From: a virus
Length of the DNA stretch: 64,000 nt
Reading direction: 5' to 3' (one strand)
IMG/VR virus record: IMGVR_UViG_3300047157_000229
Coordinates: 1 to 64,000 of that record
The notes under the pieces were generated by a model. The model searched no databases, was not told where the DNA came from, and saw only the letters and a list, made by a program, of their open reading frames with translations. The position numbers were made by a program, and so were the translations under genes. Positions 19,013 to 26,789 of this stretch are shown piece by piece (position 1 is the first letter of the stretch; each line of letters starts with the position of its first letter).

Positions 19013-19448
19013 CTGGCAATGGCTCCTTTCCATAGTCGAGGTAATGCATATGTTGCTTGGCATACTGGTAAACCTTAGTCATTGCTTCCTTAACCTCTTC
19101 TCTTTCTTGATAAGCTTTATCCCAAGCCTCATCCCCAAGAGGGTAGTAATCCCTTTGATGGAAGTCCGTATCATAAAGGAGTTTAATCTGCGCTTGGCTT
19201 ACAGCGTCAAACAATTCGTTGTATTGTCTGCGTAGACTGTCCTCATCTGATCCATTCATGTGGATGCATGGCATTGTGTATTTTTCAATCATAGTCTCAC
19301 CCTTTAATCCATCAATGAATTTTGTGGCTTGATCAAGTGTTGTCAACAGGGTGCCGTCTCCGTTGTAGATTTGTCCTAGGTCATGAGTCTCAATGTAAGA
19401 GTGGAGGAGAGCCTCAAGTAGTTTCTTTGTGCTTATTTCTGTATTCAT
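19002..19448 (-). CDS. Hypothetical early protein
   Basis: 148-aa ORF. Confidence 0.7.
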   Translation of the reverse strand: MNTEISTKKLLEALLHSYIETHDLGQIYNGDGTLLTTLDQATKFIDGLKGETMIEKYTMPCIHMNGSDEDSLRRQYNELFDAVSQAQIKLLYDTDFHQRDYYPLGDEAWDKAYQEREEVKEAMTKVYQYAKQHMHYLDYGKEPLPDED

Positions 19449-19451
19449 AAT

Positions 19452-19628
19452 TTAACTCTTTTTCTTTTCTATTCTCGAAAGGAATACACTGCCATGCACC
19501 TCTTCAAAAGTGAAAGCTGTTACGTCTTCATTCTTCGCTACTTCATTGCAGAAGTCGATAAGCAAGTCATAAGCTTGCTCTTCGTTTTCAACGTCGAGGA
19601 TGTCCTCGAAGGTTACTTTGATTCTCAT
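19452..19628 (-). CDS. Hypothetical early protein (58 aa)
   Basis: MRIKVTFEDILDVENEEQAY..., read from sequence. Confidence 0.6.
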   Translation of the reverse strand: MRIKVTFEDILDVENEEQAYDLLIDFCNEVAKNEDVTAFTFEEVHGSVFLSRIEKKKS

Positions 19629-19735
19629 TTAAATCCTTTCTTTTACTTGTTCAATGACTAAGTTTATAATTAGGGTGCCAAGTTGGGAATTCTACTTTTG
19701 GGGCCAATTCTGTATACCCTAGCTCTGTGAAATGT

Positions 19736-19897
19736 TCATGCAATGTAAACTGCTCCATGCAAGCTCACTTCAAAAAAAACTTTTTTCTTTTCGTCAGTAT
19801 ATTCAAAGCAACAATCTGCTCTCCCCGTCTCACACTTAGTTGCTCTAAATGTTTTAGGGAATACTCCTGTCAATTTAATTGTTTTTGGTTCGTTCAT
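19736..19897 (-). CDS. Hypothetical early protein (3' end possibly frameshifted)
   Basis: ORF track, start reassigned. Confidence 0.45.
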   Translation of the reverse strand: MNEPKTIKLTGVFPKTFRATKCETGRADCCFEYTDEKKKVFFEVSLHGAVYIA

Positions 19898-20138
19898 CTC
19901 TTGCTTGTTGTATTTTTTTCTTTCTGTCGTTTCTGTCATGGAACCATGCGGAACCATATCTAATGTTTCTTGATTTAAAGAATTCATCGCAAGCTTCGCT
20001 CACTGTGCGAGCAATGTTTGCGGGTAAGACATCATACATCCCAAAGTTTCCTTGCGAGGATTGCTTAATTATCTCTTTCTTTTCAACCGCTTTGCGGAGA
20101 AACTCATCTTTGAGGGCGTGGTAATCTTTTGATTTCAT
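19875..20138 (-). CDS. Hypothetical early protein
   Basis: ORF track, start reassigned. Confidence 0.6.
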   Translation of the reverse strand: MKSKDYHALKDEFLRKAVEKKEIIKQSSQGNFGMYDVLPANIARTVSEACDEFFKSRNIRYGSAWFHDRNDRKKKIQQARDERTKNN

Positions 20139-20199
20139 CTTATTCTGTAAGTTATTAGGCAGACTAAGCATAAACAAAAAGTGATTATGAATTCTATGC

Positions 20200-20925
20200 T
20201 CATTTCGGCTCCACAACAAAACCCGTTTCGTCTTTTTTAGCAAGACCTTTCTCAACTAATCCAACGATCACACCTTTAGGATCTTTAAAGCGCAGATCAC
20301 TTTCATCTCCATCTATCACTTTATAGCCTAGGTAAGTTTTAGGAAGTGAACCACGGAAGACGACGGCGACGTTCCCACCTAACTCAAGGATTGTTTTCAT
20401 TTTGTTATCACTAGTTGCTTCACTGCGAGAAAAGGTGAGGTGATAGTTGTCGGGCATTTTGCCATCAAGCCAAGCTCTCATCCTGTAAAACCCTTTGGTG
20501 TAATCGTAGAAACTCACATTTGGGAATTCCTCCATAACATTCAAAGAGCAGATAGGTGGCTTTTCTGTTCTGCCCTTTCGGATATTCTCCCAAGGAATGT
20601 CGCTTGTGAGATTAAGACGGAAGCAGGGAATCATTTGTTTTTTTCCTGCGCTAATGATTGCCTTGGCGATCTCCGTTCTAAGATCCGACATAAAACCGAA
20701 GTTATCCTTAAAGAATCTTTTAGTTTTATTGATTCTAGAAGTTTGCACGTTTGACATACAACCGCGCCCCGCAGTATCTAAACAAGCGGCGCGACAACCC
20801 GCGCTTGCCCATTGGCAGACATTGAATCCTGATTTATTAGAGGGGGAAAGGTGGAGACCGAAAGTGCGATATCCTAGAACCTCTCCCTTTAGTGTTTTGG
20901 CGTTGCCTTGATTTAGTAGTTTCAT
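20200..20925 (-). CDS. GP88-family protein
   Basis: NVCQWASAGCRAACL...RLNLTSDIPWE...FYDYTK...NYHLTFS...DGDESDLRF. Confidence 0.8.
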   Translation of the reverse strand: MKLLNQGNAKTLKGEVLGYRTFGLHLSPSNKSGFNVCQWASAGCRAACLDTAGRGCMSNVQTSRINKTKRFFKDNFGFMSDLRTEIAKAIISAGKKQMIPCFRLNLTSDIPWENIRKGRTEKPPICSLNVMEEFPNVSFYDYTKGFYRMRAWLDGKMPDNYHLTFSRSEATSDNKMKTILELGGNVAVVFRGSLPKTYLGYKVIDGDESDLRFKDPKGVIVGLVEKGLAKKDETGFVVEPK

Positions 20926-20941
20926 AATTGTTTTTTTTGTT

Positions 20942-21292
20942 TTACCACCAGCAAGTGTAAAAAACCTGATCGCCTTCTGAGATAGCTTCTCTAGCTTTTG
21001 CCACAAACTCTAGATCATAATCTTGGCGCGTTGCGTCGTGACTAGTATCACTCCCAAAGAAAAAGCCTTGGGTTTGCGGTAATGTTTGGTGCTTAATGCA
21101 AGTCCAGAGTTGGTCTAGATCTTCGGTGGTGATTTCAAGATCTTGGCAATTAAGATCACTTTCTGATTTGCCAGTTTTAATGGCCCAGAGTTTTTCCATC
21201 CAACCTTGCAAAGCATTATGCTTGCGCCAGGAAGAAAGCTCAGTTGACTCACCATTAGAGTCCCTTCGGTGTGCATATTGGTCTAATCCCAT
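20942..21292 (-). CDS. Hypothetical phage protein
   Basis: MGLDQYA...WRKHNALQGWM...LPQTQGFFFG...YTCWW. Confidence 0.8.
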   Translation of the reverse strand: MGLDQYAHRRDSNGESTELSSWRKHNALQGWMEKLWAIKTGKSESDLNCQDLEITTEDLDQLWTCIKHQTLPQTQGFFFGSDTSHDATRQDYDLEFVAKAREAISEGDQVFYTCWW

Positions 21293-21301
21293 AACAAAAG
21301 T

Positions 21302-21329
21302 ATTTTGACAGGTTTGGGTTTGGGTGCAA
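21302..21329 (-). promoter_or_regulatory. Early sigma70-type promoter with AT-rich UP element
   Basis: TTGCAC-16-CAAAAT, 9 nt before ATG 21292. Confidence 0.65.
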
Positions 21330-21384
21330 GTGTATTTTAAATGTTTTTTTATTATTTTTTAATGCTTGACACGAAAAAACCTCT

Positions 21385-21461
21385 CTAAGTCGTTGATTGA
21401 TAGGGAGTTACAGGGCGGCGGCGGCGGCTCGCCTGTAAGTCATTGATACACAGCGAGTTAC
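21385..21461. repeat. 77-bp double-palindrome element R2
   Basis: CTAAGTCGTTGATTGATAGGGAGTTAC-23bp-GTAAGTCATTGATACACAGCGAGTTAC. Confidence 0.95.
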
Positions 21462-21466
21462 AAAGG

Positions 21467-21503
21467 AAAAAGCCCCGCCCCCAACATGAAAGGGACGAGG
21501 CTT
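21467..21503 (-). terminator. Intrinsic terminator
   Basis: GC hairpin with T run on the minus strand, abutting R2. Confidence 0.65.
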
Positions 21504-21523
21504 TGCTTATGTCTACCAAAAAG

Positions 21524-21637
21524 CTAGAGAGCCATCCTGATAAGTTGGATGAGGCCGAAAGCGGTGACTAGTCCAGAAAGTATAATCGCACAAGTAAAAA
21601 CGACATTTTCGGTAAAGGTTCTGTCTTGATCTTTCAT
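21524..21637 (-). CDS. Small membrane peptide (37 aa)
   Basis: MKDQDRTFTENVVFTCAIILSGLVTAFGLIQLIRMAL. Confidence 0.5.
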   Translation of the reverse strand: MKDQDRTFTENVVFTCAIILSGLVTAFGLIQLIRMAL

Positions 21638-21671
21638 GATAAGGTTGCCCCCCTTTCGGGGGGCGTTATGG

Positions 21672-22436
21672 CTATGCAGGTAAAACTAGAGCTGACTCCT
21701 TATCCTCTTGAGAGATAATCTCTGGAGTGTGATTGGCGAACTTGTCAAAGATAGATTGCATACGCATAGTGCGGTCTGCGAGCTTGGTAAGATCGCCACC
21801 CTTGAGATTCTCAGTGATGGAATTGTAGAGGGTCCAGAGAGAACCGCCCTTGAATTCCTCATGGCGAGGATTGCGGAACTCCTCGACGGCCTTGTAGATG
21901 TCGCGAGCAGGGAAAGCCTTGGCATCAACCAAGTCAACAATCATAGAGGCGGCATCACGGACCTCGGTTTGCTGGTAAGCACCAATGCGCTTACCCATAT
22001 CCTGCCAGTGGGAAGTGACACGGGCAACGGCTGAAGCCAGAACACGGGGAAGGTCACCCAAAATGTGGGTGGTGTGACGGCGAGCAAGCTTGACATCCGA
22101 AGAGAAGCAAAGGTTTTCGCAAACCATCATCTGGTTACCTGCAGCAATAGAAGCGGCGAAAGACTTGTCGTGAGCATTGCGAAGGCCCAAGACAATGCGG
22201 CGATCATCGCCAGTGACATCCTGACCCTTGAGGGCGAAACCCCCGAAGTAACGCTGGCCACCACGGGCAAGAGCGTGTTCCTCTTCAGTCACCTCAAGAC
22301 CTGCGCGGTCAAGAGTTTCACGGGTCATCTTCACCAAGTGGTGATGCGGGATTGGAGTATGGGAAGCTGTCCCCTCTGGGGTTTGAACTCCAGCAAGTTG
22401 CTCCGAATCGACTTTGTTTTTTGCGTAGATAAGCAT
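21672..22436 (-). CDS. DUF932-family protein
   Basis: HTPIPH...LRNAHDKSF...VCENLCF...RRHT...LWTLYNSITE. Confidence 0.8.
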   Translation of the reverse strand: MLIYAKNKVDSEQLAGVQTPEGTASHTPIPHHHLVKMTRETLDRAGLEVTEEEHALARGGQRYFGGFALKGQDVTGDDRRIVLGLRNAHDKSFAASIAAGNQMMVCENLCFSSDVKLARRHTTHILGDLPRVLASAVARVTSHWQDMGKRIGAYQQTEVRDAASMIVDLVDAKAFPARDIYKAVEEFRNPRHEEFKGGSLWTLYNSITENLKGGDLTKLADRTMRMQSIFDKFANHTPEIISQEDKESALVLPA

Positions 22437-22481
22437 AATAGTAGTTAGGTTAAAAACGAGAGACTATCTCTCGACAGGGGA

Positions 22482-22509
22482 ATTATGACAGAAAACAGTT
22501 TGTGTGCAA
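22482..22509 (-). promoter_or_regulatory. Early sigma70-type promoter
   Basis: TTGCAC-16-CATAAT with A-rich UP element. Confidence 0.7.
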
Positions 22510-22616
22510 TACCTTTTAAAGTTTTTTTGTCTTTTTTTTGTAGGTCAGGACATTTCGCAACAAATAGGAATAAAAAGCTTGACTTGCCCCAATCCACCGA
22601 GTGAGGAAAAACCTCT

Positions 22617-22693
22617 GTAAGTCACTGATACTCAAGGAGTTACAGGGCGGGGGCGGCGGCTGGCCCGTAACTCGCTGATAGTCAACGACTTAG
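22617..22693. repeat. 77-bp double-palindrome element R3
   Basis: GTAAGTCACTGATACTCAAGGAGTTAC-23bp-GTAACTCGCTGATAGTCAACGACTTAG. Confidence 0.95.
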
Positions 22694-22705
22694 AAAGGTT
22701 TTATT

Positions 22706-22736
22706 AAAAAGAAACCCGCCCCCTTTCGGGGACGGG
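22706..22736 (-). terminator. Intrinsic terminator
   Basis: CCCGTCCCC-GAAA-GGGGGCGGG-TTTCTTTTT on the minus strand. Confidence 0.8.
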
Positions 22737-22750
22737 CTGAATTTAGTGCT

Positions 22751-23761
22751 TTACTTATTATACAGTTTATACATATCAAAGAAAAGTCTCTGCCAGCAGT
22801 TAGCTTTTCTTTTAGAGACTCCTTTAATATCTCTGGATTGATATTGAACAGTAGCGGATTCGAATTCAAACCATGTGTTTAGTTTGTCTTTTCGTGGGTG
22901 ATTTCCACCTATACCCCAAACACCATTTTTGATAGCGTTTTTAACTGTATCAATATCATACGATCCTCCTAAACCCCTATCCTCTATCGAGTCTAATAGG
23001 AATTGAGGTAATCCAGACCACATTTGCATTCCGAACTTTTTTTCATCTCCAATCTCATCTCGGAAAACATAATCAATTATATTTACAGTGTCTTCCATAA
23101 CTTTCTTAGTGATGGCGGCTTTCTCTTTTGGCACTAACAATCTGTTTTTTAACATACTGTTAATAGCGGCTAAGATCTGTCCGTGGAGTGCTGCAACATT
23201 AGAGCCAAGATCAAGAGCTTTCTCCTTTGTTGGATTCAATGGGTTGTAGCCAAGCTTTTTGAAAAGTTTGATTATACCATGGATGTTATCAGGATCACTT
23301 TCGTTAAGCCTAGTGATCGCTTCAGCATGACCCCAGAACCTAGCATTTACTTCCCATTGACTTTTTGTCTTTGGGTCATTGGCTCGTAAGCACCTTGTGA
23401 TTGATGCCAGTGTATTAACTACCCTACAATCAATAACCTGATGAGGAGAGGCGCAAATTCTATGCTGACCATCAGTGATTTGAGGATAGTATTTACCTTT
23501 ATATTCGTGCATGTAAAGGTTAGGCAAATCGCAATCATCATCATCCCAATTCTCATGGATGTTTCTGATTTGTTTTTTGTTCAATGCCCTTTGGAAGCCA
23601 TTGTCAATTCCAATGTTTTCCTTGTTTATTTGCACTATATTATAGATCCCTACCTTTTTGACCTTTGGAGCCTTGGATAGAGGTTTAGCCATGAGGTTAT
23701 ACTCTGGCACTGCATTGTGGGAGTTCTTATAGAACTCCATCTTTTTTTTCTTCGTGTTCAT
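22751..23761 (-). CDS. DGQHR / ParB-Srx-like domain protein
   Basis: FQRAL...IHENWD...ITDGQHR. Confidence 0.75.
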   Translation of the reverse strand: MNTKKKKMEFYKNSHNAVPEYNLMAKPLSKAPKVKKVGIYNIVQINKENIGIDNGFQRALNKKQIRNIHENWDDDDCDLPNLYMHEYKGKYYPQITDGQHRICASPHQVIDCRVVNTLASITRCLRANDPKTKSQWEVNARFWGHAEAITRLNESDPDNIHGIIKLFKKLGYNPLNPTKEKALDLGSNVAALHGQILAAINSMLKNRLLVPKEKAAITKKVMEDTVNIIDYVFRDEIGDEKKFGMQMWSGLPQFLLDSIEDRGLGGSYDIDTVKNAIKNGVWGIGGNHPRKDKLNTWFEFESATVQYQSRDIKGVSKRKANCWQRLFFDMYKLYNK

Positions 23762-23827
23762 AAGTTATCTTATTTTCTACTTAATGGTTAAATGCCCCCG
23801 AATCAGTTGTTCATCAGCGACATCCAC

Positions 23828-23855
23828 AGTATAACTAGATTTGATTCCTGTGCAA
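23828..23855 (-). promoter_or_regulatory. Early sigma70-type promoter
   Basis: TTGCAC-16-TATACT. Confidence 0.7.
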
Positions 23856-24004
23856 CACTTTTCTCCTATTTTTTTGATTTTTTTTTATTTTAAAATGCAG
23901 CTCAGCATATTTTGCGACAAATAGCGTAGGTCAGGATATTTTAGGCCAAATAGCGCAATAAAAGGCTTGACTTGCCGCGATTTATCAGGTCATAAAAAAA
24001 CCCC

Positions 24005-24081
24005 GTAACTCACTGCTAATCAATGAGTTACAGGGCAGGGGCGGCGCGTGGCCCGTAACTCGCTGATACACAACGAGTTAC
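24005..24081. repeat. 77-bp double-palindrome element R4
   Basis: GTAACTCACTGCTAATCAATGAGTTAC-23bp-GTAACTCGCTGATACACAACGAGTTAC. Confidence 0.95.
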
Positions 24082-24344
24082 GAGGATTTTGGTCTTGCCA
24101 AAAAGTAATACCCAGCATCCCCGTCGGCTGCGGCTGCTCCCAGTTGGAATGCTCAACTTCGGCCACCCACTCTTGAGCGCTGGCATAGGCTGTTCGCCAA
24201 ACCCCCATAGCCAACTCCCCGTCTTCAAACATTTCTGGGATCACCCACCCCCGATAAGACCTTGGGCAAGTCATGCTCTCCTGCCCTTTGAGTCCTGCCT
24301 GATAAGCGAAGTCATATAACTGATGTACGTGTTAGTGTAGCCAT
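24020..24344 (-). CDS. Hypothetical early protein (one apparent indel near 24325; reads into R4)
   Basis: TTGCCA-17-TACTAT-6-ATG at 24344; QLYDFAYQAGLKGQES joins the ORF 24020-24274. Confidence 0.6.
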
Positions 24345-24442
24345 GAGGGGATAGTAGCCGAAGAATTAGTTTTTGGCAATAACTATTTTGATTTATTTTT
24401 TTATTTATTTCCTAACAAAAGGCTTTAAGAAGTTTGCACCCT

Positions 24443-24519
24443 GTAAGTCACTACTAATCAGTTAGTTACAGGGCGGGGGCGGGGCGCGGCCCGTAACTCG
24501 TTGATACTCAGTGACTTAG
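24443..24519. repeat. 77-bp double-palindrome element R5
   Basis: GTAAGTCACTACTAATCAGTTAGTTAC-23bp-GTAACTCGTTGATACTCAGTGACTTAG. Confidence 0.95.
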
Positions 24520-24711
24520 AGCGTTTTTTGAAGTCTTCTGGCAATGGGTCGCGAGTGCTGGCCTCTGCGAGTATCGCCAAGCGCTGCATGGCGCGGTCAT
24601 ACTCTTCGCGCTCTGCGGCTGTCAAGTTTATTTTTTGATTTGGCATCTTTTTTTTTACATGTGAGAACCCGCCCCCCACCACAGGGGACGGGCAATACAC
24701 ACAACACACAA

Positions 24712-25134
24712 TTACAAAAAGAATCTGAACATGGCTACCCAACGGCTTCTGACATTTGAGATCCCAGCGACTTGGAGGGTGCGAAACTTGCGTTCCCCTC
24801 CGTCATCGAGGTCACGGGTAGCAGCTACAAGGTAGCGCTTATTCATAGCGGAGAACGCATCTGTCTCTATGCTTTCTACTAGGAAGTTTCTGATTCCACT
24901 CACCTTGACGGTGGAGGCTCCAGAGTTTACATAAGTCACAATGCTATTCGTGAGAAGCTGCTCCAACTCAGAAGGGGGCATCTTGTAGAAGTTGCGGAGC
25001 TTCTGCTTGTCAGACAGGTTATCCCAGAAGATAACGAAAGCGGAGATCAGAGCAATGATGCCGATGATGGCAAAAGCTACTGGTGTTAGGTTTGAGGAGA
25101 GGACTTGTTGGATGGTGTCTAGTGTTGTTTGCAT
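24712..25134 (-). CDS. Membrane-anchored protein with WYL/SH3-like C-terminus
   Basis: TM helix; ...KFRTLQVAGI; TTGACC-17-TAAAAT-6-ATG. Confidence 0.7.
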   Translation of the reverse strand: MQTTLDTIQQVLSSNLTPVAFAIIGIIALISAFVIFWDNLSDKQKLRNFYKMPPSELEQLLTNSIVTYVNSGASTVKVSGIRNFLVESIETDAFSAMNKRYLVAATRDLDDGGERKFRTLQVAGISNVRSRWVAMFRFFL

Positions 25135-25278
25135 AACGGGATTTTAGTTGAATAGGTAGTTGAGGTCAATGCTTTTTTGATTTCTTTTTCGAGATCTTCG
25201 GAGTGGTCGAGCATCTCCAAGTTGCCAGCGATGACAAGCGTGAAGATAACTCCTGCGATGGTGAGTATAGTGTTCATA

Positions 25279-25437
25279 TTACTTAGAGGCTTTTAGGATT
25301 TGTTTTTTCTTTTCAGCAATTAACTTTTTTGCATGGAGGGTGCAAAGACCGTAGGACTTGATTTTGATCAGACCTTCTTCCATGCCTTTTAGTTCTGCTT
25401 TATACATTCTTACTGTCCAGTTGTTGGTGTCGCTCAT
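25279..25437 (-). CDS. Hypothetical early protein (52 aa)
   Basis: TTGCAC-17-TAAAAT-6-ATG; MSDTNNWTVRMYK... Confidence 0.65.
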   Translation of the reverse strand: MSDTNNWTVRMYKAELKGMEEGLIKIKSYGLCTLHAKKLIAEKKKQILKASK

Positions 25438-25495
25438 GTGGGAATTTTAGTTGAATTGTGGGTTGGGTGCAAGCACTAATCGCATCTTTTTTAAT

Positions 25496-25750
25496 TTATT
25501 TTTCGACGACTGGGCTGGGCTGGAAACGACGCATACCGACGCGATCAATACATCTGAAGCGGAGAGTCTTGAAAACTTGCTTGTTACCAGTCTCGCTATT
25601 GTGGCTCTTGTCCACGACCTTGCACACTGCGAACCCGTCACCAATGCGGTCAATGCTTTTGAGGATATACATACGAGCATTTCCATTATTAGAAGTATAG
25701 TAAACAAACTGTTTCCCTGTCAGGCTAGTGATGTTGTCTTGGTTGATCAT
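25496..25750 (-). CDS. Small WYL/SH3-like protein
   Basis: FVYY...ARMY...FKTLRFRCIDRV; TAAAAT-6-ATG. Confidence 0.65.
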   Translation of the reverse strand: MINQDNITSLTGKQFVYYTSNNGNARMYILKSIDRIGDGFAVCKVVDKSHNSETGNKQVFKTLRFRCIDRVGMRRFQPSPVVEK

Positions 25751-25867
25751 GGGGATATTTTACTCTAATCGGCAGAGAATTAAAAGCTTTTTCTGCATAT
25801 ATTTAATCTTTTTTTTTATTTAAAAAGGCTTGACATAGGCTAGCTATAGAGTAGGGAGAAAAGCCTC

Positions 25868-25944
25868 GTAAGTCGTTGATACTCAATGAGTTACAGGGCG
25901 GGGCGGGGGCGTGGCCCGTAACTCCCTATCGCTCAGTGAGTTAG
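25868..25944. repeat. 77-bp double-palindrome element R6
   Basis: GTAAGTCGTTGATACTCAATGAGTTAC-23bp-GTAACTCCCTATCGCTCAGTGAGTTAG. Confidence 0.95.
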
Positions 25945-26130
25945 AGCGTTTTTTATTTAAATGTTTTTATTTACTTTTTTTACCCTAAAAGGCTTGACAC
26001 TCTCACCGTGTCTGATTTAAAATGGTGGCATATTTCTGCGAGGGCTATGCCAGACCCACGATCACTCCTTATTTAACGTCTTACGGATCGCTTAACCGTG
26101 TTTATACTCACTTGACGAAAGTTTATTGAT

Positions 26131-26286
26131 CTAGGTTTTTGGCTTTTCTTCTTGGTCATAAAGATTGTCTATGTCTCCCAAGTATCCATCACACGCATGG
26201 TCTTCATCTTTGGGGCAATCCCCATTACAATATAAACATTTAATTTGTTTAAAGGTTCCTGATAAGTCTATTTTATCTTCGTTCAT
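26131..26286 (-). CDS. Small Cys-containing protein (51 aa)
   Basis: CLYCNGDCPKDEDHACDGY, read from sequence. Confidence 0.6.
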   Translation of the reverse strand: MNEDKIDLSGTFKQIKCLYCNGDCPKDEDHACDGYLGDIDNLYDQEEKPKT

Positions 26287-26297
26287 ATTATTTTTAT

Positions 26298-26522
26298 TTA
26301 CTTGCCGTAGATCCAGCGAAGCTCATCGCTCCACTCCTTGACCATCTCAGCCTCATGACCCTTTGGGTTCTTGCAAGCTGCACCGATCCACTTTCTGATC
26401 ATGCGCTGGAGCTTTTTCATCCTGCGCCATTCCATCCAATGCACACCAATGGCGAAAGGGTAAGTGAGAATGAGAAGGGCTTTGCCCTTGGCGTCTTGGT
26501 CTTTGAAGTTGTGTAGGTTCAT
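26298..26522 (-). CDS. Hypothetical early protein
   Basis: ORF track. Confidence 0.65.
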   Translation of the reverse strand: MNLHNFKDQDAKGKALLILTYPFAIGVHWMEWRRMKKLQRMIRKWIGAACKNPKGHEAEMVKEWSDELRWIYGK

Positions 26523-26789
26523 AGTGTTAGTGTGTTAGTTTAGTGTAATGCTTTTACTTTGTTATCTCTGATTTGCCGAAGCGTCGTTTAGGTCTCCTTG
26601 GCAATGTGAGGGTCAGTTGCCCTGAGAGCCAGATAGCCTCGGAAACTTTATAGTCTAATTGCAAGGGCGGCTTTCCGCTGCCTGCATAAAGTGAGGATCA
26701 TATTGAGGTTGGCTCTCTCTTGGGCGTGGTTCAAATGCTGTGTCAGTCATGGTAGTATTCTAGTATAGATTTGGGGCTAATGAAAAGGT

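Noticed and set aside
18752-25944. CRISPR array or canonical integron attC array
   Set aside because: Units are 0.4-2.6 kb apart with whole genes between them; no cas or intI genes; ends do not consistently fit RYYYAAC/GTTRRRY
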